The notes beneath the pieces were generated by a model that did not search any database, was not told the origin of the DNA, and saw only the letters and a list, made by a program, of their open reading frames with translations. 64,000 nt of DNA from Candidatus Enterousia sp. (GTDB taxonomy: Bacteria; Pseudomonadota; Alphaproteobacteria; Rs-D84), in assembly GCA_045651525.1 (NCBI GenBank), contig JAZRSO010000004.1:17127-81126 (forward strand), given 5' to 3'. Below, in pieces: positions 56,136-64,000 of this stretch; the stretch's first letter is position 1, and every line of letters starts with the position of its first letter. Position numbers and translations under genes: made by a program.

Positions 56136-57935
56136 ATGGTAAAAGTAAAAGAAAAAAAGACAGAACCAAAGAAAAAAGGCCCTGCCCCAAAAATGCCAAA
56201 GGCAATCAAGGGACAAAATAAACACGAAACAGATGCAAATGATGACAAAGTCTATTTTATGGCTTTGGGTGGATTGGAACATATCGGTCAGAATATGTAC
56301 CTGTACAAATACAAGGGTAAATATCTGGTCGTTGATTGCGGTATGGGATTCTTGGATGAAGAAATTGGTGCTGGCGATGTTCAATACTGTGATACAACAT
56401 GGTTGGAAAAGCGCAAAAAAGATGTTGTTGGATTTATCGTAACACACGGTCACGAAGATCATATCGGCGCGTTGAAATACATCTGGCCAAAGTTTAGAAA
56501 GCCAATTTATTGTACACGTTTTCCTGCGGAAATATTGCGTCAGACATTTGCTGGTATTGAAATGGACTTTGACCCAAAGAAAGATATTGTTGAATTTGAC
56601 CACAATGGCGCAACATTAGATTTAAACCCATTCGAAGTTGAAACTTTCCACGTCACACACAGTATTCCAGAGGCACAAATGCTGATTATTAAAACGGGTG
56701 CTGGGAAAATACTGCATACTGGTGACTGGACATTTAACGATGATATTCCAATTGAGGCACCGACAGATTTTGCCAGATTGGCAGAAATTGGTTCGGACCC
56801 AAAATTGTTGGCTTGTATGTGCGATTCTACAAATTCGTCACGTCAGACCAAACAGGTTACAGAAACGCAGGTGCGCGATACCCTGACGGAAATTATGAAA
56901 AATGCACCTGGTCGTGTAATCGTAACTGGTTATTCACGCAGCTTGGCACGTATTAAAATGTTTGCCGAGGCTGCACGTGCCGCAGGTCGAATTGCTGCAA
57001 TCAAAGAACGCAGTAATCCAAATCCTGTGCCATATGTTGGATTGCCAGAATTTCGTGAAATGGGAATTAAATTGGTGTACCTGAACAAGGATGATGTTTA
57101 TACTCATTCTGAAATCAAGGATTTGCCAGCAGAAAAGCAAGCAATCTTTTTGACTGGTTCCCAAGGGGAAAAATTCGCAATGTTGACACGCCTGTGTCAT
57201 GGTCAGGTAAAGGAAATGAAACTGATGCCAACTGATACGGTGGTGTTTAGTGCGATTATTATCCCAGGACGTGAACAAGATGTTTCTTATTTGTATAATA
57301 AACTGGCACGTATGGGTGTAAAAACACATACTATATTTGATACAGATAACTTGCACGCCAGTGGACATGCCGGTCGTCCAGAACTGGAAAGATTTTATGA
57401 CTTGGTTCATCCACAGGTATCTGTTCCAATGCACGGCGATTATATCAATGAAATGTTGAATGGTAAAATGGCGATGGAACGCGGTGGTGCCAAACATATG
57501 ATGGTTGTGCATAATGGCGAAATGATTGCGCTGTCAGATGGTAATGAGCCATATGTTGCCGAAACAATCGATACAAGTTATGTCGTTATGGAAGGTGAAA
57601 CAGAACGCAGTGCAAACGATCAGGTTTATAAAAATCGTAAAAAGATTGCATCCAATGGTGCTGTGTTTGTAACATTGCCAATTGATAAACGCGGTTTCTT
57701 GAAAGGTGTTCCAGAAGTTTCCAGCGCAGGTATCTTTGAAACAGACGAAACAGGATTTATGAAACGTCAAATTCAGATTGAAATCGCCAAGGCAATTGAT
57801 GGTTTGACCAAGGCAGAACGCAAAGATAAAAACAATCTGCATCGTGCGGTTCAGGTTGCGTCTAACAAGGTTGTGCGTGCGGCATTGGGTAATGACAAAA
57901 AACCTCAATACAATGTACACTTTATCTTGAAATAA
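56136..57935 (+). CDS. rnj: Ribonuclease J
   Basis: LGGLEHIGQN, THGHEDHIG, HSIPE, HTGDW, TGSQGE, HASGH. Confidence 0.95.
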   Translation: MVKVKEKKTEPKKKGPAPKMPKAIKGQNKHETDANDDKVYFMALGGLEHIGQNMYLYKYKGKYLVVDCGMGFLDEEIGAGDVQYCDTTWLEKRKKDVVGFIVTHGHEDHIGALKYIWPKFRKPIYCTRFPAEILRQTFAGIEMDFDPKKDIVEFDHNGATLDLNPFEVETFHVTHSIPEAQMLIIKTGAGKILHTGDWTFNDDIPIEAPTDFARLAEIGSDPKLLACMCDSTNSSRQTKQVTETQVRDTLTEIMKNAPGRVIVTGYSRSLARIKMFAEAARAAGRIAAIKERSNPNPVPYVGLPEFREMGIKLVYLNKDDVYTHSEIKDLPAEKQAIFLTGSQGEKFAMLTRLCHGQVKEMKLMPTDTVVFSAIIIPGREQDVSYLYNKLARMGVKTHTIFDTDNLHASGHAGRPELERFYDLVHPQVSVPMHGDYINEMLNGKMAMERGGAKHMMVVHNGEMIALSDGNEPYVAETIDTSYVVMEGETERSANDQVYKNRKKIASNGAVFVTLPIDKRGFLKGVPEVSSAGIFETDETGFMKRQIQIEIAKAIDGLTKAERKDKNNLHRAVQVASNKVVRAALGNDKKPQYNVHFILK

Positions 57936-57961
57936 AAAGTCCCCCGTCTGGGGGATTTTTT
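57934..57961 (+). terminator. Intrinsic terminator after rnj
   Basis: TCCCCC-GTCT-GGGGGA followed by T tract. Confidence 0.82.
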
Positions 57962-58040
57962 AGTGATAGTATTTTTGTGTTTTGTAAATTTTTAGCTTGA
58001 AACTGATAAAATAAAAATATAAACTGTATCTGCACACGTC

Positions 58041-58127
58041 GGGGATATGGCGGAATGGTAGACGCTGAGGACTTAAAATCCTTTGATCATTGCGATCGTG
58101 TGGGTTCAAGTCCCACTATCCCCACCA
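58041..58127 (+). tRNA. tRNA-Leu (anticodon TAA)
   Basis: Acceptor GGGGATA/TATCCCC-A-CCA, anticodon loop CTTAAAA, long variable arm, GGTTCAAGTCC. Confidence 0.96.
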
Positions 58128-58132
58128 CAAAT

Positions 58133-58160
58133 AAAAAAACCGCCGTTTGGCGGTTGTTTT
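58133..58160. terminator. Bidirectional intrinsic terminator
   Basis: AACCGCC-GTTT-GGCGGTT with flanking A/T tracts. Confidence 0.78.
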
Positions 58161-58599
58161 ATTGTTTGTTTTCTGGTGCGTCTTTTGAATTTAGCAGTTG
58201 TTTTAACAGTTTTATTACTTTTGCACGATCTTTGTCTGTTGGCAAATCCCAATACATATTTATTAGGCGTAACGATTCGTTCTTGCCCAATGGGTCGTCT
58301 GATGCCTGGTCGCTGACATAATGTTTTGGCAGGCGACCATTGCGTTGTTCGTGGTCAATATAGCCCGGTAATCCTGTAAAGAAAAATGAAATTGGGGTTT
58401 GTAATGCAACGCTAAGTTCGAATAATCTTGATGCAGATATACGATTTGTTGCGTATTCGTATTTTTGCAATTGTTGAAAAGTTACATTACACAGTTCCGC
58501 AACGTCTTTTTGAGACATACTTAGCATAATGCGACGCAGTTGCAATCGTTGTCCGATATGTTCATCAATTGGACCAGTTAGATTTGGTTTCCCGCTCAT
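58159..58599 (-). CDS. XRE-family HTH transcriptional regulator (alphaproteobacterial type)
   Basis: IDEHIGQRL..RR...MSQ...VTFQQLQKYE...NRISASRL. Confidence 0.9.
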   Translation of the reverse strand: MSGKPNLTGPIDEHIGQRLQLRRIMLSMSQKDVAELCNVTFQQLQKYEYATNRISASRLFELSVALQTPISFFFTGLPGYIDHEQRNGRLPKHYVSDQASDDPLGKNESLRLINMYWDLPTDKDRAKVIKLLKQLLNSKDAPENKQ

Positions 58600-58710
58600 A
58601 TTTTATACTCTTGTTCGGTTGTTTTATATATACAATATTTTCTTTTGTTTTTGCAATTAAAAAACACTTATGATACCCTTGATACAGAATTAAAAACAAA
58701 GGAAGAAAGT

Positions 58711-60183
58711 ATGAATAAACCATTGGTATTGTGTATTATGGATGGGGTTGGTATAAGCGCAGATAAAAAGTATAATGCTGTGACACTGGCAAATATGCCG
58801 TATTTTAATGAATTGTTGAAAAAATACCCACATTCTAAACTGGATGCCAGTGGTGTGGCAGTCGGCCTGCCCGATGGCGTTATGGGTAATTCAGAGGTGG
58901 GACACATCACAATCGGTGCTGGACGTGTTGTTAATCAGTTCTTGCGTCGGTTTCAGTTGGAAAACTGGGATGAAAATTCGCAACTGCAACATTTTGTTGA
59001 ATCTGTGCGTAATAATAATGGTGTTGTGCATTTCGCAGGTTTAATGTCTGATGGACGTGTGCATTCTGATATCAATGATATGCTGGTTATTGTGCGGTAT
59101 GTTGTTGGGTGTGGTCTGCGTGTGTGTTTGCACTTTATTGCAGATGGTCGTGATACGCCACCACAATCTGCACAGGATTATATCAATTTAATTCAGAAAA
59201 AATTACAGCATGAATTCGCAGATGAACGTGTGTTCTGGGGTACAATTTCTGGGCGATATTATGCCATGGACAGAAATAATAACACAGAACGAACACAGGT
59301 GGCGTTTGATGCAATCGCATGCGCAAAATCAGAATTTGTTGCAGATGATATAAACACTGCATTGGCAAACGCGTATGCGCGTGGTGAAACAGATGAATTT
59401 ATTAAACCAACTGTTGTTCGTGGTGACGTGCCAATCACAGATAAAGACGGATTTGTGTTCGGAAACTATCGCAGTGACCGCGCCAGACAAATTATGCGTG
59501 AAATTGTAAAAACAGGGGCGGAAATTTTGTGCTTTTCGCAATATGGCGAAGGTTTGAACGATGTCTGCCCTGCGTTGTTGCCGGATGTGGTGGTTGAAAA
59601 TACGCTGGGTGATGTTTTGGCAGAAAATGGACTGCGCCAATTGCGTATTGCAGAAACGGAAAAATATAATCATGTAACATACTTTTTTGATGCGGAAAGA
59701 AACGTTGATTTTAATGGCGGAAAAAAGATTCTGATTTCATCGCCAGATGTCGCGACATTTGATTTGAAACCAGAAATGTCTGCGGTAGAAATCACAGATG
59801 CATTGTTGCCGGTTCTAAAAGACTTTGACGTTGTTATTTTGAATTATGCTAATGGTGATATGGTTGGACATACTGGGAATATGGATGCTGCAATTACTGC
59901 GATGGAAACCTTGGATGTGCAGTTGTCGCGCTTGGTGCCAGCCGTATTGGATTTGGGCGGTGTTGTTTTAATAACTGCAGACCACGGTAACGCAGAACAA
60001 ATGCGTGATGCGTCTGGCACAACACCATGGACAGCGCATACGACAAATCCAGTAAATTTGATTGTTGTAGGTGGTGGTATTAAATCTGTTCGTAATGGCG
60101 GTTTGGCAGACATCGCCCCAACAATGTTAAAGATATTGGGGATTGTACAGCCAAAAGATATGACGGGACAAAGTTTGGTATAA
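58711..60183 (+). CDS. gpmI: 2,3-bisphosphoglycerate-independent phosphoglycerate mutase
   Basis: MGNSEVGH, DGRDT, SGRYYAMDR, AETEKY.HVT, DMVGHTG, TADHGN. Confidence 0.97.
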   Translation: MNKPLVLCIMDGVGISADKKYNAVTLANMPYFNELLKKYPHSKLDASGVAVGLPDGVMGNSEVGHITIGAGRVVNQFLRRFQLENWDENSQLQHFVESVRNNNGVVHFAGLMSDGRVHSDINDMLVIVRYVVGCGLRVCLHFIADGRDTPPQSAQDYINLIQKKLQHEFADERVFWGTISGRYYAMDRNNNTERTQVAFDAIACAKSEFVADDINTALANAYARGETDEFIKPTVVRGDVPITDKDGFVFGNYRSDRARQIMREIVKTGAEILCFSQYGEGLNDVCPALLPDVVVENTLGDVLAENGLRQLRIAETEKYNHVTYFFDAERNVDFNGGKKILISSPDVATFDLKPEMSAVEITDALLPVLKDFDVVILNYANGDMVGHTGNMDAAITAMETLDVQLSRLVPAVLDLGGVVLITADHGNAEQMRDASGTTPWTAHTTNPVNLIVVGGGIKSVRNGGLADIAPTMLKILGIVQPKDMTGQSLV

Positions 60184-60185
60184 TA

Positions 60186-60217
60186 AAATAAACCGGCAGT
60201 TGCCGGTTTATTTTTTT
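60186..60217. terminator. Bidirectional intrinsic terminator
   Basis: AATAAACCGGC-AGTT-GCCGGTTTATT. Confidence 0.78.
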
Positions 60218-60654
60218 CTGCGAATAGAAAAAAAATCTTTTAATAACTTGGCGGATTCGTTGGCGTATTCTGGCATATGATGAACTGCCGGTTTCCACAG
60301 GTGTTTGTCTGTTTCATAAACGCGGGCGTTTGATGTTATGCCCCCACCCTTTTCATCTGTTGCGGCGAAATAAACATTATTTATGCGTGCCAATGATATT
60401 GCTGTTGCGCACATCGCGCATGGCTCCAATGATACATAAATATCGCAGTCGTCTAAAAACTTTGTTCTCAGTTTTTTGCAAGCGCGATTTATTGCGACTA
60501 TTTCTGCGTGCAGGGTTGGGTTTTTTCGCATTTGCACCTGATTTTCACCGCGTGCAATAATTTTTCCGTCATGAACAATTACCGCGCCAATTGGCACGTC
60601 ATCGTGTGAAAATGCGCGTTTCGCTAAAACAATCGCTTGATTCATAAATTTCAT
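60208..60654 (-). CDS. tadA: tRNA adenosine deaminase TadA-like
   Basis: VPIGAV, HAE, LEPCAMC. Confidence 0.88.
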   Translation of the reverse strand: MKFMNQAIVLAKRAFSHDDVPIGAVIVHDGKIIARGENQVQMRKNPTLHAEIVAINRACKKLRTKFLDDCDIYVSLEPCAMCATAISLARINNVYFAATDEKGGGITSNARVYETDKHLWKPAVHHMPEYANESAKLLKDFFSIRRKK

Positions 60655-60671
60655 GCTTTATACTTTATAAC

Positions 60672-61232
60672 ATGGATTCTAAATTGCAAATTATTTCTGG
60701 GATTTATCGTGGCAGAAAGTTAAATCTGCCGGTGGATGCACGCCCAACACAAAATTTGGCACGAATTGCGTTGTTTAATATGCTGGAAGGTATAATTGTT
60801 GACCCATATGCGCCAATAGTTGTTTGGGATGCGTTTGCAGGTAGTGGATCTTTGGGGATAGAGTGCCTGTCACGATACCCACAGTCACAGGTTTTGTTTA
60901 CAGATGTTGCATACAAATCTATACAGACAGTGCGCAGTAACTTGGCTGCATTAACTGTTGGCAGTCGTGCAAAGACGTTCCAAGCTGATGCGATTGCTTC
61001 TATTCAACAATGGGGTGTGATGTCGGATCTTATTTTTGTTGATCCTCCATATCCCAGGGCTAATTTAGGCGTGGCATTTGTAAAGCGTTTACAAAAAGTT
61101 GCACGCAAAGGAACGATTGTTGTTTGGGAACAAGAGGCAATAAATTTTACAGCCCCAAATACGGACAAGTGGCGTATTTTGCGTGATAAACAGTATGGAC
61201 GCGCCAGATTTTTGATTTTACAAAAGATTTAA
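60672..61232 (+). CDS. rsmD: 16S rRNA m2G966 methyltransferase RsmD
   Basis: IISG.YRGRKL, RPT, DAFAGSGSLG.E, DPPY. Confidence 0.92.
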   Translation: MDSKLQIISGIYRGRKLNLPVDARPTQNLARIALFNMLEGIIVDPYAPIVVWDAFAGSGSLGIECLSRYPQSQVLFTDVAYKSIQTVRSNLAALTVGSRAKTFQADAIASIQQWGVMSDLIFVDPPYPRANLGVAFVKRLQKVARKGTIVVWEQEAINFTAPNTDKWRILRDKQYGRARFLILQKI

Positions 61233-61337
61233 TCAATAAACTTCTTGATTTTTCAAAGTTTTTAAGTAATAATATGCCCCGCACAGCACCCTTGGAGGCT
61301 GTGAAACAATAACCAAAATGCTATAAAAGGATAAAAA

Positions 61338-61952
61338 ATGGCAATAAATGTAAACGCAGAAATTCGCAACGTTGCTGGCAAGGGGGCCGCACGTAGCATC
61401 CGCAATAATAAAAACATCCCTGCAGTTATCTATGGGGAAAAGAAGGCCCCTGTCGCAATTGAACTGAATGGTCATGAATTCGGGATGTTGCTGAATACAC
61501 CAAGCTTGCGGACTAAATTGTTCCAAATCAAAACAGCCGAAGGTACAGAAGACGCAATGTTGATGGATATCCAATATCATCCAGTATCTGACGCACCAAT
61601 TCACGTTGACTTTAAACGTATTGATGTTAAAAAACCTGTGAACGTTGTTGTTCCTGTTGAAGTTATCAATGTTGAAACATCCAAAGGTTTGAAATTGGGT
61701 GGCACATTGAACTTTGCAGTACGTAAAGTTGCATTGCGTGGTTTGGTTGATGTTATGCCAGAAAAAATCGTTATTGACTTGGCGAACTTGACAATCGGTG
61801 ACGTGGTTCACGGTTCTGACTTGGTATTGCCAGCTGGTATCGAATTGGGCTTGCATCAGGCTGAATTGGCGTTCGCTATTATCGGCGGTAAAATGCCAAT
61901 GGAAGAAGATGAAAAAGCCAAGGCTGCTGCAATGGCTGCATCAAAGAAATAA
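61338..61952 (+). CDS. rplY: 50S ribosomal protein L25 / Ctc
   Basis: GKGAARSIR, IPAVIYG, QYHPV...HVDF. Confidence 0.95.
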   Translation: MAINVNAEIRNVAGKGAARSIRNNKNIPAVIYGEKKAPVAIELNGHEFGMLLNTPSLRTKLFQIKTAEGTEDAMLMDIQYHPVSDAPIHVDFKRIDVKKPVNVVVPVEVINVETSKGLKLGGTLNFAVRKVALRGLVDVMPEKIVIDLANLTIGDVVHGSDLVLPAGIELGLHQAELAFAIIGGKMPMEEDEKAKAAAMAASKK

Positions 61953-61974
61953 TCTCTTTGATTTGAAAAAGATT

Positions 61975-62001
61975 ATCCACCCAAACGGGTGGATTTTTTT
62001 T
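61975..62001 (+). terminator. Intrinsic terminator after rplY
   Basis: ATCCACCC-AAAC-GGGTGGAT followed by T tract. Confidence 0.82.
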
Positions 62002-62022
62002 AAGAAAATATGTCTGTTGCCC

Positions 62023-62050
62023 CTTGAAAAGATTTTTTGCATAACTATAT
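62023..62050 (+). promoter_or_regulatory. Putative RpoH (sigma32) promoter of dnaK
   Basis: CTTGAA-N16-CTATAT, resembling the alphaproteobacterial heat-shock consensus. Confidence 0.6.
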
Positions 62051-62083
62051 GGTGGGTAAAGCAAAAATTTTAAGGAGTAAAAT

Positions 62084-63970
62084 ATGGGAAAAGTAATTGG
62101 TATTGACTTGGGTACAACAAATTCCGCCATGGCATTTATGGATGGAACAGACCCAAAAATTATTGAAAATTCCGAAGGACAACGTACAACACCATCTGTG
62201 GTCGCACTGACAAACAATGGTGAACAGTTGGTCGGTATTACTGCCAAGAATCAGGCTGTGACAAATCCTGAAAATACAATCTATGAAATTAAACGTTTAA
62301 TGGGCTTGCGTTTTGATAGCCCTGCGGTCAAAGAAATTGCAGCACGCGTGCCTTATAAAATCGTTGCTGGCGAAAACGGTGATGCGTGGGTTGAAATGGA
62401 CGGCAAGAAATATGCGCCATCTCAAATCTCTGCAATGATTTTGGCAAAGTTAAAGAAAGACGCAGAAAGTTATTTGGGCGAACCTGTAACAGACGCTGTT
62501 ATTACTGTTCCTGCGTATTTTAACGATTCACAACGTCAGGCAACCAAAGACGCAGGTCGTATTGCAGGATTAAATGTTTTGCGTATCGTCAATGAACCAA
62601 CAGCCGCTGCGTTGGCGTATGGTTTGGACAAGGGTAAAGATGGTATTATCGCTGTTTATGACTTGGGTGGTGGTACATTTGACGTGTCTATCTTGGAAAT
62701 TGTTGACGGTGTGTTCGAAGTAAAATCAACAAACGGCGATACTGCATTGGGTGGTTCTGACTTTGACGCACGTATTTTGGAACACTTGATTGCCGAATTC
62801 AAGGCACAATCTGGCATTGACTTGACAGGCGATAAATTGGCGTTGCAACGTTTGAAAGAAGCCGCAGAAAAGGCAAAAATTGAATTGTCGTCCAAGACAT
62901 CAACAGATATCAACCTGCCTTATTTGACAGCTGATGCATCTGGCCCAAAACACTTTAACACAACATTGACACGTGCAAAGTTGGAATCACTGGTTGCAGA
63001 TTTGATTGAACGTACAATTGAACCTTGCAAAAAAGCATTAAAAGACGCAGGTTTGGAAAAATCACAAATCAATGAAGTTATCTTGGTTGGTGGTCAAACG
63101 CGTATGCCAAAGGTTGCAGAAACAGTAAAAGAATTCTTTGGTCGTGAACCACACAAGGGTGTAAATCCAGACGAAGTTGTTGGTATGGGTGCCGCAATCC
63201 AAGGTGGTGTATTAAAAGGCGATGTCAAAGATGTTTTGTTGCTGGACGTTACACCATTATCATTGGGTATTGAAACATTGGGCGGTGTATTTACACGCTT
63301 GATTGATCGCAATACAACAATTCCTACGAAAAAATCTCAGGTGTTTAGTACTGCCGAAGATAATCAATCTGCTGTAACAATTCGCGTATTCCAAGGCGAA
63401 CGTGATATGGCAGCTGATAATAAACTGTTGGGTCAGTTTAATCTGGAAGGTATTGCCCCTGCCCCACGTGGTATGCCACAGATTGAAGTGTCTTTTGATA
63501 TTGACGCAAACGGTATTGTTCATGTGTCTGCCAAGGATAAAGGCACTGGCAAAGAACAGGCGATTTCAATTAAATCAGACGGTGGTTTGTCCGAAGATGA
63601 AATCAAGCGTATGGTTGATGAAGCAGCTGCAAATGCCGAAGCCGATAAACTGAAACGAGAATTGGCAGAAGCTAAAAATACAGCTGAAACAGCAATCTTT
63701 AGCATTGAAAAGTCTTTGAAAGAACATGGCGATAAAATCAGCGAAGATGAAAAGAAGTCAATTGAAGAAGCCAAGAAAGAATTGGCAGACGAATTGGCCA
63801 AGGCCGATGCAACTGCGGCTTCTTTGAAAGAAAAAACTGATGCGTTGGCAGAAAAAGCCATGAAATTGGGCGAAGCTGTCTATAAAGCATCGCAGGCAGA
63901 ACAAGCCGGTGAAGAACAGAAAAAGAACGACGACGGAACCGTTGACGCAGACTTTTCTGAAAAGAAATAA
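62084..63970 (+). CDS. dnaK: Chaperone DnaK
   Basis: [32 protein letters not shown]. Confidence 0.99.
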   Translation: MGKVIGIDLGTTNSAMAFMDGTDPKIIENSEGQRTTPSVVALTNNGEQLVGITAKNQAVTNPENTIYEIKRLMGLRFDSPAVKEIAARVPYKIVAGENGDAWVEMDGKKYAPSQISAMILAKLKKDAESYLGEPVTDAVITVPAYFNDSQRQATKDAGRIAGLNVLRIVNEPTAAALAYGLDKGKDGIIAVYDLGGGTFDVSILEIVDGVFEVKSTNGDTALGGSDFDARILEHLIAEFKAQSGIDLTGDKLALQRLKEAAEKAKIELSSKTSTDINLPYLTADASGPKHFNTTLTRAKLESLVADLIERTIEPCKKALKDAGLEKSQINEVILVGGQTRMPKVAETVKEFFGREPHKGVNPDEVVGMGAAIQGGVLKGDVKDVLLLDVTPLSLGIETLGGVFTRLIDRNTTIPTKKSQVFSTAEDNQSAVTIRVFQGERDMAADNKLLGQFNLEGIAPAPRGMPQIEVSFDIDANGIVHVSAKDKGTGKEQAISIKSDGGLSEDEIKRMVDEAAANAEADKLKRELAEAKNTAETAIFSIEKSLKEHGDKISEDEKKSIEEAKKELADELAKADATAASLKEKTDALAEKAMKLGEAVYKASQAEQAGEEQKKNDDGTVDADFSEKK

Positions 63971-63998
63971 AAAAATCCCCCGTTTGGGGGATTTTTTT
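63969..63998 (+). terminator. Intrinsic terminator after dnaK
   Basis: AAAAAAATCCCCC-GTTT-GGGGGATTTTTTT. Confidence 0.85.
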
Positions 63999-64000
63999 AT

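Noticed and set aside
58041-58599. Prophage or island integrated at tRNA-Leu
   Set aside because: No integrase and no duplicated tRNA 3' end; the adjacent XRE regulator is a common chromosomal type and gpmI follows.
61233-61856. Long antisense or alternative-frame ORFs over housekeeping genes (e.g. 61233-61856, 10334-10900, 37136-37702, 56934-57512)
   Set aside because: Shadow ORFs of well-supported genes, with no motifs or RBS.
1-64000. Known defence or mobile systems (CRISPR-Cas, retron, DGR, restriction-modification, IS, prophage)
   Set aside because: No reverse transcriptase, cas, transposase, integrase or phage structural genes were recognised in any listed ORF.

Overview
Chromosomal segment (about 40% GC by eye, code 11) of a compact-genome alphaproteobacterium: GcrA, a bactofilin-M23 pair, an alpha-type XRE regulator and an RpoH-like dnaK promoter are present. 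The style suggests an uncultured host-associated lineage such as Rs-D84/'Ca. Enterousia' (inference only). The backbone is housekeeping: tlyA, leuS, rlpA, murJ, bamD, rpiB, lpxA/B, thyA, tig, rpsI/rplM, an OmpR/EnvZ-like pair, ruvB-ybgC-tolQRA, rnpB, secA, dnaE, rsmH, dacA-holB-tatD, smpB, rnj, tRNA-Leu, gpmI, tadA, rsmD, rplY, dnaK. Many lineage-specific Cys-rich secreted proteins are interspersed. Highlights: (1) two dispersed ~180-220 nt structured leaders (3189-3369, 11732-11950) with the same switch-like architecture (5' hairpin, multibranch core with an AAUAUAUUGAA loop, competing intrinsic terminator), each in front of secreted proteins sharing a ~60-aa module, i.e. a candidate new riboswitch/attenuator controlling a modular surface-protein family; (2) a tandem array of at least 6 paralogous small basic CxxCxxxC...C proteins with an AP2/Arm-like motif behind a consensus promoter; (3) an odd inverted/direct repeat overlapping the promoter of a third family member; (4) a reduced RNase P RNA lacking P13/P14; (5) a GC-rich duplicated REP mosaic; (6) a prepilin-peptidase-led operon of putative membrane-active secreted proteins. 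All calls and RNA pairings were made by eye, with no searches or folding computations.
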